Of a stretch of DNA of 64,000 bases, positions 48,201 to 59,426 are shown piece by piece (positions within the stretch are counted from its first letter, which is position 1; each line of letters opens with the position of its first letter). The position numbers and the translations under genes are program-made. The DNA comes from Thermodesulfobacteriota bacterium (lineage in GTDB: Bacteria > Desulfobacterota > Desulfarculia > JACQYL01): NCBI GenBank assembly GCA_963675595.2, contig CAXXLZ010000002.1:2208001-2272000 (forward strand), read 5' to 3'. The notes under the pieces were generated by a model. It was not told where the DNA came from. It worked only from the letters and a program-made list of their open reading frames with translations, and did no database searches.

Positions 48201-49028
48201 ATGAGAGACATCGATACGGAACAAATCGAAATTGAGCTCCTACTCGAGGCGCTTTACCGGGCATACGGCTACGACTTTCGTTCCTACGCCAGGGCCTCCA
48301 TCGAACGCCGGACACGGCAGTTTCTCTCGCGTAAAGGCATCAAGACCGTTTCCGAGATGATCGGGAAGGTGCTCCGAGAGAAGGATTTATCTTCCCAATT
48401 AGCCCAGTATTTTTCCATCCCGGTGACCGAGATGTTCCGAGACCCTTTCGTTTTCCGGGCGGTCAGAGAACAGGTCGTGCCTCTTCTTAGAACCTGGCCC
48501 CACTTCAAGGTCTGGTGTGCCGGATGCGCCACGGGGGAAGAGGTTTACTCGTTGGCCATCCTGCTTCAGGAAGAGGACATCTACGAGAGAGCGACGATCT
48601 ACGCCACGGATTTCAATGACGTTTCTCTCGACTCGGCCAAGGAGGGGGTGTACTCCATGGAAAAGATTCGCGAGGCCACTATCAACTACCAGCACGCGGG
48701 GGGAAGACGCTCTTTCGCCGATTACTATATGGCAAGATACGACGCCGTGGTCATGGATAACCGTCTCAAGGAACGGATTACTTTTGCCAATCACAACCTC
48801 GCCACCGACGGCGTGTTCGCCGAGACGCATCTAATCTTCTGCCGTAATGTGCTCATCTACTTTGACCGTGACCTCCAGAACCGGGCGTTGCGCCTCTACA
48901 CGGACAGTTTGGTACACGGTGGGTTTCTGTGTTTAGGGACAAAAGAGAATTTGCAGTTCACGGAGGTGACCGACCTCTATAGAACCATCAATGGAAAGGC
49001 CAAGATTTACCGAAAATGGGAGATGTAG
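48201..49028 (+). CDS. cheR: CheR-family methyltransferase
   Basis: YGYDFRSYARAS, VTEMFRDP, AGCATGEEVYS, CRNVLIYF. Confidence 0.94.
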   Translation: MRDIDTEQIEIELLLEALYRAYGYDFRSYARASIERRTRQFLSRKGIKTVSEMIGKVLREKDLSSQLAQYFSIPVTEMFRDPFVFRAVREQVVPLLRTWPHFKVWCAGCATGEEVYSLAILLQEEDIYERATIYATDFNDVSLDSAKEGVYSMEKIREATINYQHAGGRRSFADYYMARYDAVVMDNRLKERITFANHNLATDGVFAETHLIFCRNVLIYFDRDLQNRALRLYTDSLVHGGFLCLGTKENLQFTEVTDLYRTINGKAKIYRKWEM

Positions 49029-49642
49029 AACATAGCCGATTCGTCCCAAAGGTTCCCCTTTCCATTGCCGGCGCGGCAAAGCGTTGGAACGCGGTGGCCA
49101 TAGGAGCCTCCGCAGGCGGCGGCGGCGCACTGCGGACAATTCTTTCTTTGCTTCCCGGAGACTATGCGCTGCCGATCCTCATCGCTCAGCACCTTCATCC
49201 GGATGATAACGGAGGCTTTGCTGAGAATTTGGCAAGAGACGTATCACTTCCCGTGACGTCCGCGTGCGATAAACAAGTAATTCAAGCCGGACATATCTAC
49301 GTTGCCCCCGCCAACTACCACATGTTGGTGGAGAGGAACGGATACATAGCGCTTACGACGGATGAAAAGGTCAATTGGTCACGTCCCTCCATTGATGTAT
49401 TGTTCGAAAGCGCGGCATATGCATGGAGGGAGAAGCTCATTGCCCTCATTCTATCGGGGGCGAATTCGGACGGTACGGAAGGTCTTCGTACGATCAAGAA
49501 ATTGGGGGGAATTGCCTTGGCGCAAGACCCGGGCACAACAGAGTATCCGGCTATGCCCTGGTCTGCCATCAATGCCGGAGTAGTAGACGAAATACTGACC
49601 CTGCATGAGATCGGCCAAAGACTCACGGAACTGGTCGGGTGA
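49016..49642 (+). CDS. cheB: CheB methylesterase without receiver domain
   Basis: GASAGG, AQHL, RPSIDVLFES, SGANSDG. Confidence 0.93.
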   Translation: MGDVEHSRFVPKVPLSIAGAAKRWNAVAIGASAGGGGALRTILSLLPGDYALPILIAQHLHPDDNGGFAENLARDVSLPVTSACDKQVIQAGHIYVAPANYHMLVERNGYIALTTDEKVNWSRPSIDVLFESAAYAWREKLIALILSGANSDGTEGLRTIKKLGGIALAQDPGTTEYPAMPWSAINAGVVDEILTLHEIGQRLTELVG

Positions 49643-49780
49643 GAAGCCGTAGGAACATGCAAACACTAGGAAGCCCCCCCCGGCTGGGCCAACCCGTCAA
49701 GGGAAAACCAAGCTCCCGCGGTCCGGCTCCCCTTGGATGGGCGCCCCGCTTCCGCTCGATGATTCAAACCGGAGGAAGTC

Positions 49781-52705
49781 ATGTCCCATAATATGGAGGA
49801 CACATATCCCGCCGCGAAGGGTTCAGCCGCTCTCGAGACAGAAGTTGCCCGTGCCGAGGCCGAGGATATCCCCACGGGCGAGAGCCCGCGACAGAAAATA
49901 CTCATCGTGGACGATCAGGAACGGAATCTTCTGGCCCTGGAGAAATTGCTCGAGCCGTTGGACGTCGATCTCGTCAAGGCACGAAACGGCAACGAGGCGC
50001 TCGCGGCCACTCTCGACACCCACTTCGCCTTGGCCGTTCTGGATGTTGTGATGCCTGGAATGGACGGATTCGAACTGGCCGAGTACCTGCGGGGAGACGA
50101 GAAGACCCGGCTGATTCCGATCATCTTCGTTACGGCCTCTCTCGCCGAAGAGCAACACATCTTCCAGGGCTATGAGGCGGGCGGCATCGACTACATCGTC
50201 AAGCCCATCGCTCCGGAGATATTGCTGGGCAAGGTCCGGATGTTTCTCGAACTCGATCGCTATCGCAACCGGTTACATGAAATCGTCGACGAGCAGACTC
50301 AAAGAATTCGGCATTTGAACGCCGTTCTCCGGGGTATCCGGGATGTGAACAAAATCATTGTGCAGGAAAAGCAACGGGATGTACTGATTGAACGGGCCTG
50401 CGAAGCGCTCGTGGGCGCTCGCGGGTTCAACGGCGTTTGGATCGTTCTGACCGATAATCTGCCCGATTCCATCGGTGCGGCACAAACCGGTTGGCAGCAA
50501 GACGTGAACGCTCAACTGGCGGACCTGTTTCGGGAAGGGAACCTCCCACCATGCTGCCGCGATGCCCAAGCCGATGATGTGTTTATTACAAAAGACCGGT
50601 CACGTACCTGTGCCGACTGTCCTCTGGCCGAAAGCAAGAGATTGTCGCCCGCCTTGTCCGCCCGACTGGAACATGAGGGTTTACTTTTCGGCTACATTTG
50701 CGTTTCCGTTCCTCAGGTATTCACATCGGAAACGGAAGAAGAAGAAAAAGCATTGTTACAAGAGATCGCCGGAGATATCGCCTTCGGATTAAGCCGCATC
50801 GATGCGGAAGCGGCACGGGACAAGTCGGACCGGACCCTGCGCGCTATTTTCGACAGCGCAAGCGACGGCCTCCTTCTTGCCGACGCGGAAACCCTTCGTT
50901 TTGTCAGCGTCAATCCCGCCATCACCCGGATGCTTGACTACAGCCAGGATGAACTCAAGGAAATGTCCGTGACCGGCATCTATTGCGCCGAAGACCTGCA
51001 ACGAGTTCTAAACACATTTCAACAGCAACTTCACGATAAGATCATCATGCTGCCGGATACTCCGGTTAAACGCAAGGATGGAAGTGTTTTTTCCGCAGAT
51101 ATCAATGCGGCTCCCTTGGATCTGGACGGAAGGAAACATATCGTTTGCGTATTCAGAGACATCACGAACTGGAAAAAAGCTACGAAAGAACTGGAGCAGA
51201 GCGAGCAGAAATTCAGAGAGTTCTTCGAACACGCCCCTGAATACTGCTACATAATTGCACCGGAAGGCACGATTATAGACATAAACCGGCGCGCATTGCA
51301 GGAACTAGGCTATGAAAAAGAATACCTGGTGGGAAAGCCCTTTGAAACCCTGTTTACTCCAGGCTCTAAAGAGCACATTCATTCGCTGTTTTCCAACATC
51401 CAATCACACGGCGAGCCCAAAGACGAAGAAGCCGCCATTCTGTGTAAGAACGGCGAAAAACGAACCGTCTTACTAAATGCATCCACGGTGTATTCAAAAG
51501 AGGGTGCTTTGCTCTACACGATCGCGGTCCAGCGTGACGTCACGGAACGCAGGCAGTTGGAAAGACAACTCGAGGAAGCCCAGAAGATGGAATCCATCGG
51601 TCGCCTTGCCGGTGGTGTGGCCCATGATTTCAATAACATGCTGGGGGTAATCCTCGGCTACGGCGAGGATATCCTTTCGCAACTCCACCCCGGAGACCCA
51701 TTGCGGGAATCCGCCAAAGAGGTCGTCGAGGCCGGAAGACGCTCAGCCGCCTTGACCCGCCAGCTTCTGGCCTTCAGCCGGAGACAGACTCTCCGACCGG
51801 AAGTTTTGAACTTGAATTTCGTCCTGAAGAACCTGGAAAAGATGCTCCATAGGCTCATCGGGGAGGACATCGAGCTGTCATTCCGTCTCGCCGAGGATTT
51901 GGAGCGTGTGGAGGTAGACCCGGGCCAGATCGAACAAGTGATCATGAATATGGCGGTCAATGCCCGAGATGCCATGCCTCAAGGCGGACAATTGATCATC
52001 GAAACCGCCAATAATAGGATGGAGGAAGAATACCCGGATGCGCACTTTGATCTTGTCCCCGGAGATTACGTAGTGCTGTCCGTCTCGGACAACGGCTGCG
52101 GAATGGATGAAGGAACGAAAGAAAAGATATTTGAGCCTTTCTTCACCACTAAAGAGAAAGAAAAAGGAACCGGCCTCGGACTGTCCACCGTCTACGGAAT
52201 TGTAAAACAGTCCGGGGGCAACATCTGGGTCTACAGCGAACCCGGCCTGGGCACCACCTTTAGAATCTACCTGCCGAAAACGGCGGAAGCACTGACGGAA
52301 AGCGAAAAGACCGATGGGGATAATTCCGTTACGGGTAATGCGGAGCAAATTCTTGTAGTGGAAGACGAGCCGTCCCTTCGCAAGCTCATTCAATCCATTC
52401 TCGGCAAAATGAATTACAATGTGGAAACGGCGTCAAACGGCGGCGAGGCGTTAATTTTGATTGAGGATAAGAAATTATGCCCTGATTTGGTGATAATGGA
52501 TGTTGTTATGCCGGGAATGAGCGGAAATGTTCTTGCGGATCGACTAAGAAGAACCATACCTGATCTGAAGATAGTCTTTATGTCGGGTTATTCCGATGAT
52601 GCCATAGCCAACCGCGGCATCCTCGACGGCAACACGCCTTTTATACAGAAACCCTTCACCAAAACAAGCCTCAGCAAAGAGGTGAAGAAGCTGTTAAGTA
52701 CCTAA
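49781..52705 (+). CDS. Hybrid kinase REC-GAF-PAS-PAS-HisKA-HATPase-REC
   Basis: [15 protein letters not shown]; [13 protein letters not shown]; [14 protein letters not shown]; C-terminal REC. Confidence 0.94.
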   Translation: MSHNMEDTYPAAKGSAALETEVARAEAEDIPTGESPRQKILIVDDQERNLLALEKLLEPLDVDLVKARNGNEALAATLDTHFALAVLDVVMPGMDGFELAEYLRGDEKTRLIPIIFVTASLAEEQHIFQGYEAGGIDYIVKPIAPEILLGKVRMFLELDRYRNRLHEIVDEQTQRIRHLNAVLRGIRDVNKIIVQEKQRDVLIERACEALVGARGFNGVWIVLTDNLPDSIGAAQTGWQQDVNAQLADLFREGNLPPCCRDAQADDVFITKDRSRTCADCPLAESKRLSPALSARLEHEGLLFGYICVSVPQVFTSETEEEEKALLQEIAGDIAFGLSRIDAEAARDKSDRTLRAIFDSASDGLLLADAETLRFVSVNPAITRMLDYSQDELKEMSVTGIYCAEDLQRVLNTFQQQLHDKIIMLPDTPVKRKDGSVFSADINAAPLDLDGRKHIVCVFRDITNWKKATKELEQSEQKFREFFEHAPEYCYIIAPEGTIIDINRRALQELGYEKEYLVGKPFETLFTPGSKEHIHSLFSNIQSHGEPKDEEAAILCKNGEKRTVLLNASTVYSKEGALLYTIAVQRDVTERRQLERQLEEAQKMESIGRLAGGVAHDFNNMLGVILGYGEDILSQLHPGDPLRESAKEVVEAGRRSAALTRQLLAFSRRQTLRPEVLNLNFVLKNLEKMLHRLIGEDIELSFRLAEDLERVEVDPGQIEQVIMNMAVNARDAMPQGGQLIIETANNRMEEEYPDAHFDLVPGDYVVLSVSDNGCGMDEGTKEKIFEPFFTTKEKEKGTGLGLSTVYGIVKQSGGNIWVYSEPGLGTTFRIYLPKTAEALTESEKTDGDNSVTGNAEQILVVEDEPSLRKLIQSILGKMNYNVETASNGGEALILIEDKKLCPDLVIMDVVMPGMSGNVLADRLRRTIPDLKIVFMSGYSDDAIANRGILDGNTPFIQKPFTKTSLSKEVKKLLST

Positions 52706-53245
52706 TCGGGGTATGGACGAATCTTATCGTCGCCTGCAGATTACAGGCGCAACTACGCAGAAGAACAAGAGGTTACGGTTACGCCTGTCTGAAACGGAAG
52801 GGACGGGAAGAAGGGTGCATCGAGCGTCCGGGGCCGAAATCGGAGACATTGGCTGGAAAACGTATGCTCACTCCCGTCGCCTTTTCCTTGATCAAGACGG
52901 AGGGGTCGCCCAATGAAGTTCCATCCGCTCCTTCCGAGGCTTTGCCGAAAAACAAGTATTGTTGTTTGTCTTCCTACAATTCGGAAATCAGTACGCCCGC
53001 CGACGTGTCGAAAGGACGCTTCTCCTTGCCTTCGGTCCGGTTCGTCGATCCCCTGTCTTTTTCCACGCACGTCTCCCTGTAACCCCCCTTTCCTCTCAGA
53101 CCGATTTGTGGCACAATAATGCATTCTCGGCAATGAGGAGAGCCGGTTCCTTCTGTTTTCCCCCCCGTCGCCGATGAGATGCCGCGTCGGTTCGTATCAC
53201 CGCAAACCGCATGGATATTCAAACCGCATCAAGGAGGCCGTCCTT

Positions 53246-55711
53246 ATGGCTCAAAAGCATAAACCGGTGGAGCTGAGCGCTGAGGCTCTCAGATGGCGCC
53301 TGGACCCGAGCACGCTACCTTTTGAAACCACCTCCGATATCGAGCCGGAAACGGACATCATCGGACAACCCAGGGCCCTGGACGCCTTCCGTTTCGGTGT
53401 GGAAATGGAGCGGAGCGGGTACAATATTTTCGTCACCGGCCTGAAGGGTCCCGAAAAAAACCACACCATCGAACACATTCTCAAGGATCTGGTTCATAGG
53501 AACGACATCCCGGACGACCTTTGCTACGTCAATCACTTCGACCGGCTCGAAGAGCCGCGGCTGATCCGTCTGCCCGCCGGCCGGGGACGCGAATTCCGAG
53601 ACGACATCGAGTCCCTTCTGGAACATCTCAAGACCAACATCCCGCTCCTGTTCGAAAGCGAAGAATATCTCAACATGAAGAAAGATATTCTCGAAAAGTA
53701 CGAGGAGCAGGGGAAAAGATTCTTCAAGGAAATCGGCAACAAAGTCCGGGAAGAGGGGTTTTCCCTGGTGGAGATGCAGGTGGGGCAGATCAAGCGTCCC
53801 GTGGTCATGCCTCTCTTCGAAGGAAATCCCATACACATCGATCAGCTGGAAGCCAAAGTGGAAGCCGGCGATTTCCCCAGGGAAAAGTTCGACAAGATCA
53901 AGACGAAGCAAAACGAACTCACGGAGCAGATCGATCGTGTGTTCCTGGAAATGCGTGACCTGGACCGGGAAGTGCGGAAGAAACTCGAAGAGATGGACCG
54001 GTACGTGTTCGAAAAGAGCGTGTCCGAAAGTCTGGACTCCATCAAATCCAAGTACTCGGATGAAAAGGTGGAACATTTCCTGGACGGCATGGTGGACGAT
54101 ATGGCCAAACATATCGAAATGTTCAAGCAACGCGTGCCCCAGAACCAGATGCTGCCCACGGGACAACCCATTGAAGTGGACCTGTACCAACCCTACCGGG
54201 TCAACCTTTTCGTGGACAATTCCGAATGCCGGACCCCGCCGGTTATTAACGAAGGCTACCCGACCTACCGGAACCTTTTCGGTTCCATTGAACGCGTGGT
54301 GGACCGAACCGGCATCTGGAAGACGGATTTCAGCCGAATCAAACCCGGTTCCTTCATCAAAGCCAACGGCGGCTACCTTATTATAAATCTCATGGACGCC
54401 ATCATGGAACCCGGCGTTTGGCCGTCACTCAAACGAGCGCTTAAGACGGAAAAATACGAGCTTCAGTCCTACGACCCTTTCTTTCTGTTCACCACCACCG
54501 GGATGAAACCCGAACCCATCGAGGTCGACGTGAAGGTCGTTCTGGTGGGTGACTTGCGGGCCTATCACATCCTTTATGCAATGGACGAGGATATGCCCAA
54601 AATCTTCAAGGTTCGGGCCGATTTCGATTCCGTGATGAATCGAGACGAGGAGGCCGTGAGCCGCTACGCGAGTTTTATACGCGCCAAGGTGGACGAGGCC
54701 AAGCTGAGGCCCTTCGACCGGACCGCCGTGGCGGCCCTGGTGGAGCACGGGGTTCGCATGGCCGGACGCAGGGAAAAACTGTCCACTGAGTTCCACGACA
54801 TCACGGACCTGCTGCTGGAAGCCGACCTCCAGGCACGCCGGGCCGAAACCGATAAGGTAGCCGCGGAACACGTGCAAGCGGCCATCGAAGCCCGGATATT
54901 TCGATCCAATATGATCGAAGAAAAAATGCAGGAAATGATCGACCGCGGCACTTTGATGATCGACACGGACGGCGAAGCGGTGGGTCAGGTGAACGGCTTG
55001 GCGGTATACAACCTCGGAGACTACCAGTTCGGCAAACCGAGCCGCATCACGGCCACGGTGAGCATGGGTCGTGCGGGCATCATCAACATCGAGAGGGAAG
55101 CGGACCTTTCGGGCAGCACTCACAACAAGGGGGTGCTCATCCTCTCCGGATATCTGAGAGAGAAGTTCGCCCAAGACAAGCCCCTGACCGTGAGCGCCAG
55201 CCTCGCTTTCGAGCAGTCCTATTCCGGCGTGGACGGAGACAGCGCCTCTTCCACTGAAATATACGCCCTCTTAAGCAGCTTGGCGCAGGTTCCGTTAAGG
55301 CAGGACCTGGCGGTCACGGGCTCCGTCAACCAGCACGGCGAAGTTCAGCCCATCGGCGGAGTAAATTGGAAGATTGAGGGCTTCTTCGATTGCTGCAAAA
55401 TGAACGGGCTTACGGGCAAACAGGGCGTCTTGATTCCCAAACGCAACGAAAAGGATCTTCAGCTTCGAAAGGATGTCATCGAGGCGGTGGAGCAGGGCAA
55501 GTTCCACATCTATTCCGTGGAAACCATTAATCAAGGCATCGAACTCCTCACGGGCAAACAGGCCGGCGAGCGCAACACCAAAGGAGAATACCCCAAGGGC
55601 TCCATCAACTACCTGGTGAATCAACGATTTCTCGAGCTTGCCAAAGGCTTGGCGGAGTTCGGCAAGGAAGGCGAAGACGCGGCTCCGGAAAAGAAAAAGC
55701 CCGCGAAGTAA
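53246..55711 (+). CDS. Lon-like (LonC/AAA_32-type) protease
   Basis: AAGGAGG RBS; IIGQPRA; GQVNGL; VDGDSASS (Ser) and GGVNWKIEGFF (Lys) dyad. Confidence 0.92.
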   Translation: MAQKHKPVELSAEALRWRLDPSTLPFETTSDIEPETDIIGQPRALDAFRFGVEMERSGYNIFVTGLKGPEKNHTIEHILKDLVHRNDIPDDLCYVNHFDRLEEPRLIRLPAGRGREFRDDIESLLEHLKTNIPLLFESEEYLNMKKDILEKYEEQGKRFFKEIGNKVREEGFSLVEMQVGQIKRPVVMPLFEGNPIHIDQLEAKVEAGDFPREKFDKIKTKQNELTEQIDRVFLEMRDLDREVRKKLEEMDRYVFEKSVSESLDSIKSKYSDEKVEHFLDGMVDDMAKHIEMFKQRVPQNQMLPTGQPIEVDLYQPYRVNLFVDNSECRTPPVINEGYPTYRNLFGSIERVVDRTGIWKTDFSRIKPGSFIKANGGYLIINLMDAIMEPGVWPSLKRALKTEKYELQSYDPFFLFTTTGMKPEPIEVDVKVVLVGDLRAYHILYAMDEDMPKIFKVRADFDSVMNRDEEAVSRYASFIRAKVDEAKLRPFDRTAVAALVEHGVRMAGRREKLSTEFHDITDLLLEADLQARRAETDKVAAEHVQAAIEARIFRSNMIEEKMQEMIDRGTLMIDTDGEAVGQVNGLAVYNLGDYQFGKPSRITATVSMGRAGIINIEREADLSGSTHNKGVLILSGYLREKFAQDKPLTVSASLAFEQSYSGVDGDSASSTEIYALLSSLAQVPLRQDLAVTGSVNQHGEVQPIGGVNWKIEGFFDCCKMNGLTGKQGVLIPKRNEKDLQLRKDVIEAVEQGKFHIYSVETINQGIELLTGKQAGERNTKGEYPKGSINYLVNQRFLELAKGLAEFGKEGEDAAPEKKKPAK

Positions 55712-55851
55712 TCGTAAGCCTCGGGAAGAAAGTCAAGGCCGTATCCGCCGGCAAGGTCCCGAAGCATGGGAACCAGGTTCCGGGTGCGTCATATCCCGCT
55801 GAGCTTGGATTCATCTGAATTCCATAGCATAAACAAAGACATCGAGTATTC

Positions 55852-57045
55852 ATGGCTACGAAGCACGATTATTACAAGGAGTTGGGCGTTTCCAAAACGG
55901 CCTCGACGGAAGAGATCAAAAAGGCCTATCGGAAGCTCGCTCGAAAGTGGCACCCGGACATCAATCCCGGGAACAAAGAAGCCGAAGATAAGTTCAAAAA
56001 GATATCTTCCGCGCACGACGTACTCGCCGACCCTGAGAAGCGAAAGCTTTACGATGAATTCGGAGAGGAAGGCTTGGCGGCCGGTTTCGACGCGGAGCAG
56101 GCCCGCCAATACAAAGCGTGGCAATCTTCCGGGGGCGCCCGACGCTCGGCGGGAGGAGGCGGTCGTTCCGCCGGGGCCGGGGGCGGATACGGCTTTGAGG
56201 ACCTCTTCGGCGGACGCGGACAAGGCAGATACAGTTCCTACGAAGACGTATTCTCCGACCTGTTTTCCGGAAGCGGTCAAGGAACCGCCGGAAGCGGCGC
56301 GCCTCGTCGCGGCGGAGACCTCGAACACACCATGGAGATCGATCTTATGTCCGCCCTGCGGGGGATGGAAACCTTGCTCTCCATGGAAAAGATGAAGACC
56401 TGCCAAAACTGCGGCGGTTCCGGACTGGACCCTTCCGTAGGGCTTGAAATATGCCCCACCTGCGGAGGCTCCGGACGATTGTCCGTTGCCGAAGGCCCTA
56501 TTCCTTTCTCCAGGGCCTGCCCGCAATGCCATGGTCAGGGCCGCATCGGAAGGCCCTGTCCCCAATGCCGAGGCCAGGGCGTCAAGCCCGGCGAGGAAAC
56601 CATCAAAGTCAATATCCCGGAAGGCGTCCGCGACGGCCAAAAGATTCGCGTTGCGGGCAAGGGTGAACCCGGGACCGGGGGAGGACAAGCCGGAGACCTC
56701 TTTCTTCGCATCAAGGTCAAGCCCCATCCCATTCTCACACGCCAGGGCGACGACTTGGTGTATTCGCTTCCGGTGACCGTGGAGGAAGCCCTTGCCGGCG
56801 GGACCATCCAAGTCCCCACTCCCGACGGCTCCGTTAAGTTGAAAGTTCCACCCGGCAGCCAGAGTGGGCAGACTCTTCGCCTGAAAGGGAAAGGCGCAGT
56901 GAATCCCAAAACCAAGAGCCGGGGAGACCTCCTGGTGAAGCTGGACGTCAAAACCCCGGAAACCTCCGATCCCGAAGCGGTTGAAGCCGCGAAGAAGCTG
57001 TCGCAGTTCTACGGTAAGGACCCAAGGGCGGATTTGAGGTTCTGA
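55852..57045 (+). CDS. dnaJ: DnaJ co-chaperone paralog
   Basis: J-domain WHPD, Gly-rich linker, four CxxCxGxG motifs, C-terminal domain. Confidence 0.92.
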   Translation: MATKHDYYKELGVSKTASTEEIKKAYRKLARKWHPDINPGNKEAEDKFKKISSAHDVLADPEKRKLYDEFGEEGLAAGFDAEQARQYKAWQSSGGARRSAGGGGRSAGAGGGYGFEDLFGGRGQGRYSSYEDVFSDLFSGSGQGTAGSGAPRRGGDLEHTMEIDLMSALRGMETLLSMEKMKTCQNCGGSGLDPSVGLEICPTCGGSGRLSVAEGPIPFSRACPQCHGQGRIGRPCPQCRGQGVKPGEETIKVNIPEGVRDGQKIRVAGKGEPGTGGGQAGDLFLRIKVKPHPILTRQGDDLVYSLPVTVEEALAGGTIQVPTPDGSVKLKVPPGSQSGQTLRLKGKGAVNPKTKSRGDLLVKLDVKTPETSDPEAVEAAKKLSQFYGKDPRADLRF

Positions 57046-57362
57046 TGCGGAATAAACGATACTTTACGGCGGACGAAATCAAGGAACTGCTTGAGGTCAC
57101 CGACGAATTTCTCGAACGCCTCGAAGCGGAAGACATCATCCGTGCGGAAGCCTCCACCGGTCCCCAGAAATGCTACCTTCCGGAAGAAGCGGACAAGATC
57201 CGGTTTGCGCACATTCTCATCTACGACATGGGCGTAAACATTGAAGGGGTCGAGGTAGCCGTCAGACTCAGGGAAGTCATGGACTCCATGCGCCTGCAAA
57301 TGGACCGGATTCTCGACTGCGTCATGCGGGATATTAGGGAAAAATTCCTGAAAGATCACTGA
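57045..57362 (+). CDS. CbpM/HspR-like MerR-fold protein
   Basis: Coupled to dnaJ (TGATG); DMGVNIEGVEV motif. Confidence 0.8.
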   Translation: MRNKRYFTADEIKELLEVTDEFLERLEAEDIIRAEASTGPQKCYLPEEADKIRFAHILIYDMGVNIEGVEVAVRLREVMDSMRLQMDRILDCVMRDIREKFLKDH

Positions 57363-58246
57363 TGAGGCGGAGGCCCGCCATGCGGTTTCCCTCGAGAGGT
57401 TTCCCGAAACGGGGACGGCCCACCTTCTACGCACGACGCTTTTGGACGGGAATCGTCGCGGGATTTCTCGCCGTCGGCCTGCTATTGGGTGCCGATTTCG
57501 GAGTATGGAGATCCCAAGCCGCGGATCGGAGCGAGGTCGGCGATAGATCCGATCCGGGAGTGGTGATCATTGCCTGTGACCGGGAATTTCCCCCCTATAC
57601 CTTCGTCGATTCCAGCGGTAATCCGGCGGGATTCCTGGTGGATGTATGGACCCTCTGGTCCGCCAAAATCTCGACTGAAATATCCTTTCGAATCTCCGAT
57701 TGGAACGGCATGCTCACCGGGCTCAAGTCCGGTGACGTCCATGTGATTCCGGGCCTTTTCCGCAACCCGAAGCAGGAATCCTGGATGGCTTTCTCCATGC
57801 CCTTCTACGACTCCGGTTCCTCCCTGTTCTTTCCCGTACCGGGCCCCGTTGTTCGAGGGATGAAAGACCTGATGGGTAAGCGCGTAGGGGCGATCCGAGG
57901 AGGAGATGCCGCGGCGTTCCTCGGCAAGAACGGTGCGGGGATCGAGGTGGTCCTTTTCGACGACCCCACGACCATGGTTCAAGCCGCTCCGGCGGGAGGC
58001 CTGCAGGCCTTGGCCGACGAAACCCTGGGCATGTCGGCCGTGTTGGAGAAACTGGGAGTACTCGATCGGTTCGACTCGGTTCAGCCTCCGCTATATCGGA
58101 AATCCTTCCACGCGGCGGTTCTCAAGGAAAACACCGAGCTCTTGAAACTCGTCGATCAAGGCTTGAGCAGGATATCCGACTTGGAATGGGCCGAACTCGA
58201 AGCGAGGTGGGTTCCCGATCCCGACGTTCGTCGATTTCATCCCTGA
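57362..58246 (+). CDS. Family-3 solute-binding protein (orphan)
   Basis: FPPYTFVD..GFLVDVW, DLMGKRVG, V.K.N.EL...VD.GL. Confidence 0.85.
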   Translation: MRRRPAMRFPSRGFPKRGRPTFYARRFWTGIVAGFLAVGLLLGADFGVWRSQAADRSEVGDRSDPGVVIIACDREFPPYTFVDSSGNPAGFLVDVWTLWSAKISTEISFRISDWNGMLTGLKSGDVHVIPGLFRNPKQESWMAFSMPFYDSGSSLFFPVPGPVVRGMKDLMGKRVGAIRGGDAAAFLGKNGAGIEVVLFDDPTTMVQAAPAGGLQALADETLGMSAVLEKLGVLDRFDSVQPPLYRKSFHAAVLKENTELLKLVDQGLSRISDLEWAELEARWVPDPDVRRFHP

Positions 58247-58270
58247 AACCGGCGCCCCGGAGGATGCGCC

Positions 58271-59347
58271 TCACTCGGCCTCCGGACTCAGTTTCAGCGA
58301 CGGAAAAAACGATCGAGTACGGCGGTCCAGCAGGTCGGCAAGGCCCTCACTGTTGCCGGGAGAGAAGCCCAGAGAGCGTTTCCAGACCAAGTCGCTTTCC
58401 ATGCACAAGTACACACAAAGTCTCGAGTCCACGCTTTTAAGCGCCTCTCCCACCACTCCGTACATCTCCTCCCGGATAGGCCGAAAATAGCGCAGCTTCC
58501 CATCCAAGCCCTTGACGAATTCATTGGAAAATATCCGGGAGTCGGGATGGTTGCGGCGAACCGTGGATTTAAGATCCGGCATGAAGCGAAGACATCCTAA
58601 ACTGATCCAGATGACGGATGACGGATCAATGCGTTCGAAGATGCGATGCACCGTTTCCCGGTATTCCTCTTGCCATCCCGGATGATAAATCAGTGGATCG
58701 AAGTGGAATCCCAGTTTGAATCCGGCTGCCAGGCATTGTTCCGCCGCATGGATTCTTTTTCGGAGGGTCGCCGCTCCCCTTTCCTCACTTCGTGAAATTC
58801 TCCGGCTGTTCATGGAAAAAGACACGATCACCCGATCCGGGTTCTTCAGTTTCAACAAGGACCCGATCTCGACCGTTTTCGTCTTGAACTCGAGTACCAG
58901 GTTGGACGTTTCTTGAATATGAGGAACGATGAATTCGACAAAACCCGCGTACGGCTCCGCGTGAAGGCTGTCCGTGAATTCCCCGGTTCCCAACCGAAGA
59001 GGACGCCCGGGTTCGCATCGGGCCTGTTCCGCCAGTTCCCGGACAAGACGATCCCGGTTGGTAAAAACGGTCGGACGGTGATCGCTGAGATATGCTTGCA
59101 GGATGCAGTAGGAGCAGTCCATCGGACAGCCCGTTCCCACATGAAGAATCCGATACCCGCAACAGATGTAGTTGCGCGTACCGGGACAGGGTCTCAGAAA
59201 AGGCCCCTTGTTCTCCGTGAGCAAAAGGGTGCGTTTGTCCGGAACCGAGTCTCCCGACCCTTGGTGAAGGTTCAGGAGTTCCGCAAAGGGTCGCCCGAGG
59301 GACGAAACGTCCAAGGATTCATGAACTTGGATATTTTCAGGTCTCAT
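58271..59347 (-). CDS. Spore photoproduct lyase-like radical SAM protein
   Basis: CPGT..YICC, GCPMDCSYCILQ, GTGEFTDSL, EFKTK, FHFDP, YLCME. Confidence 0.9.
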   Translation of the reverse strand: MRPENIQVHESLDVSSLGRPFAELLNLHQGSGDSVPDKRTLLLTENKGPFLRPCPGTRNYICCGYRILHVGTGCPMDCSYCILQAYLSDHRPTVFTNRDRLVRELAEQARCEPGRPLRLGTGEFTDSLHAEPYAGFVEFIVPHIQETSNLVLEFKTKTVEIGSLLKLKNPDRVIVSFSMNSRRISRSEERGAATLRKRIHAAEQCLAAGFKLGFHFDPLIYHPGWQEEYRETVHRIFERIDPSSVIWISLGCLRFMPDLKSTVRRNHPDSRIFSNEFVKGLDGKLRYFRPIREEMYGVVGEALKSVDSRLCVYLCMESDLVWKRSLGFSPGNSEGLADLLDRRTRSFFPSLKLSPEAE

Positions 59348-59426
59348 GCGGTGTAGATCCTGATAGGGGCGGGCCGCCGTCCCATCTCGCGGATTCCTTT
59401 GCGCGAGACCTCCGAACGTAGGTCTT

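Noticed and set aside
53109-53123. Sigma54 promoter TGGCACAATAATGCA upstream of the Lon-like gene
   Set aside because: GG-to-GC spacing is 9 nt rather than the required 10.
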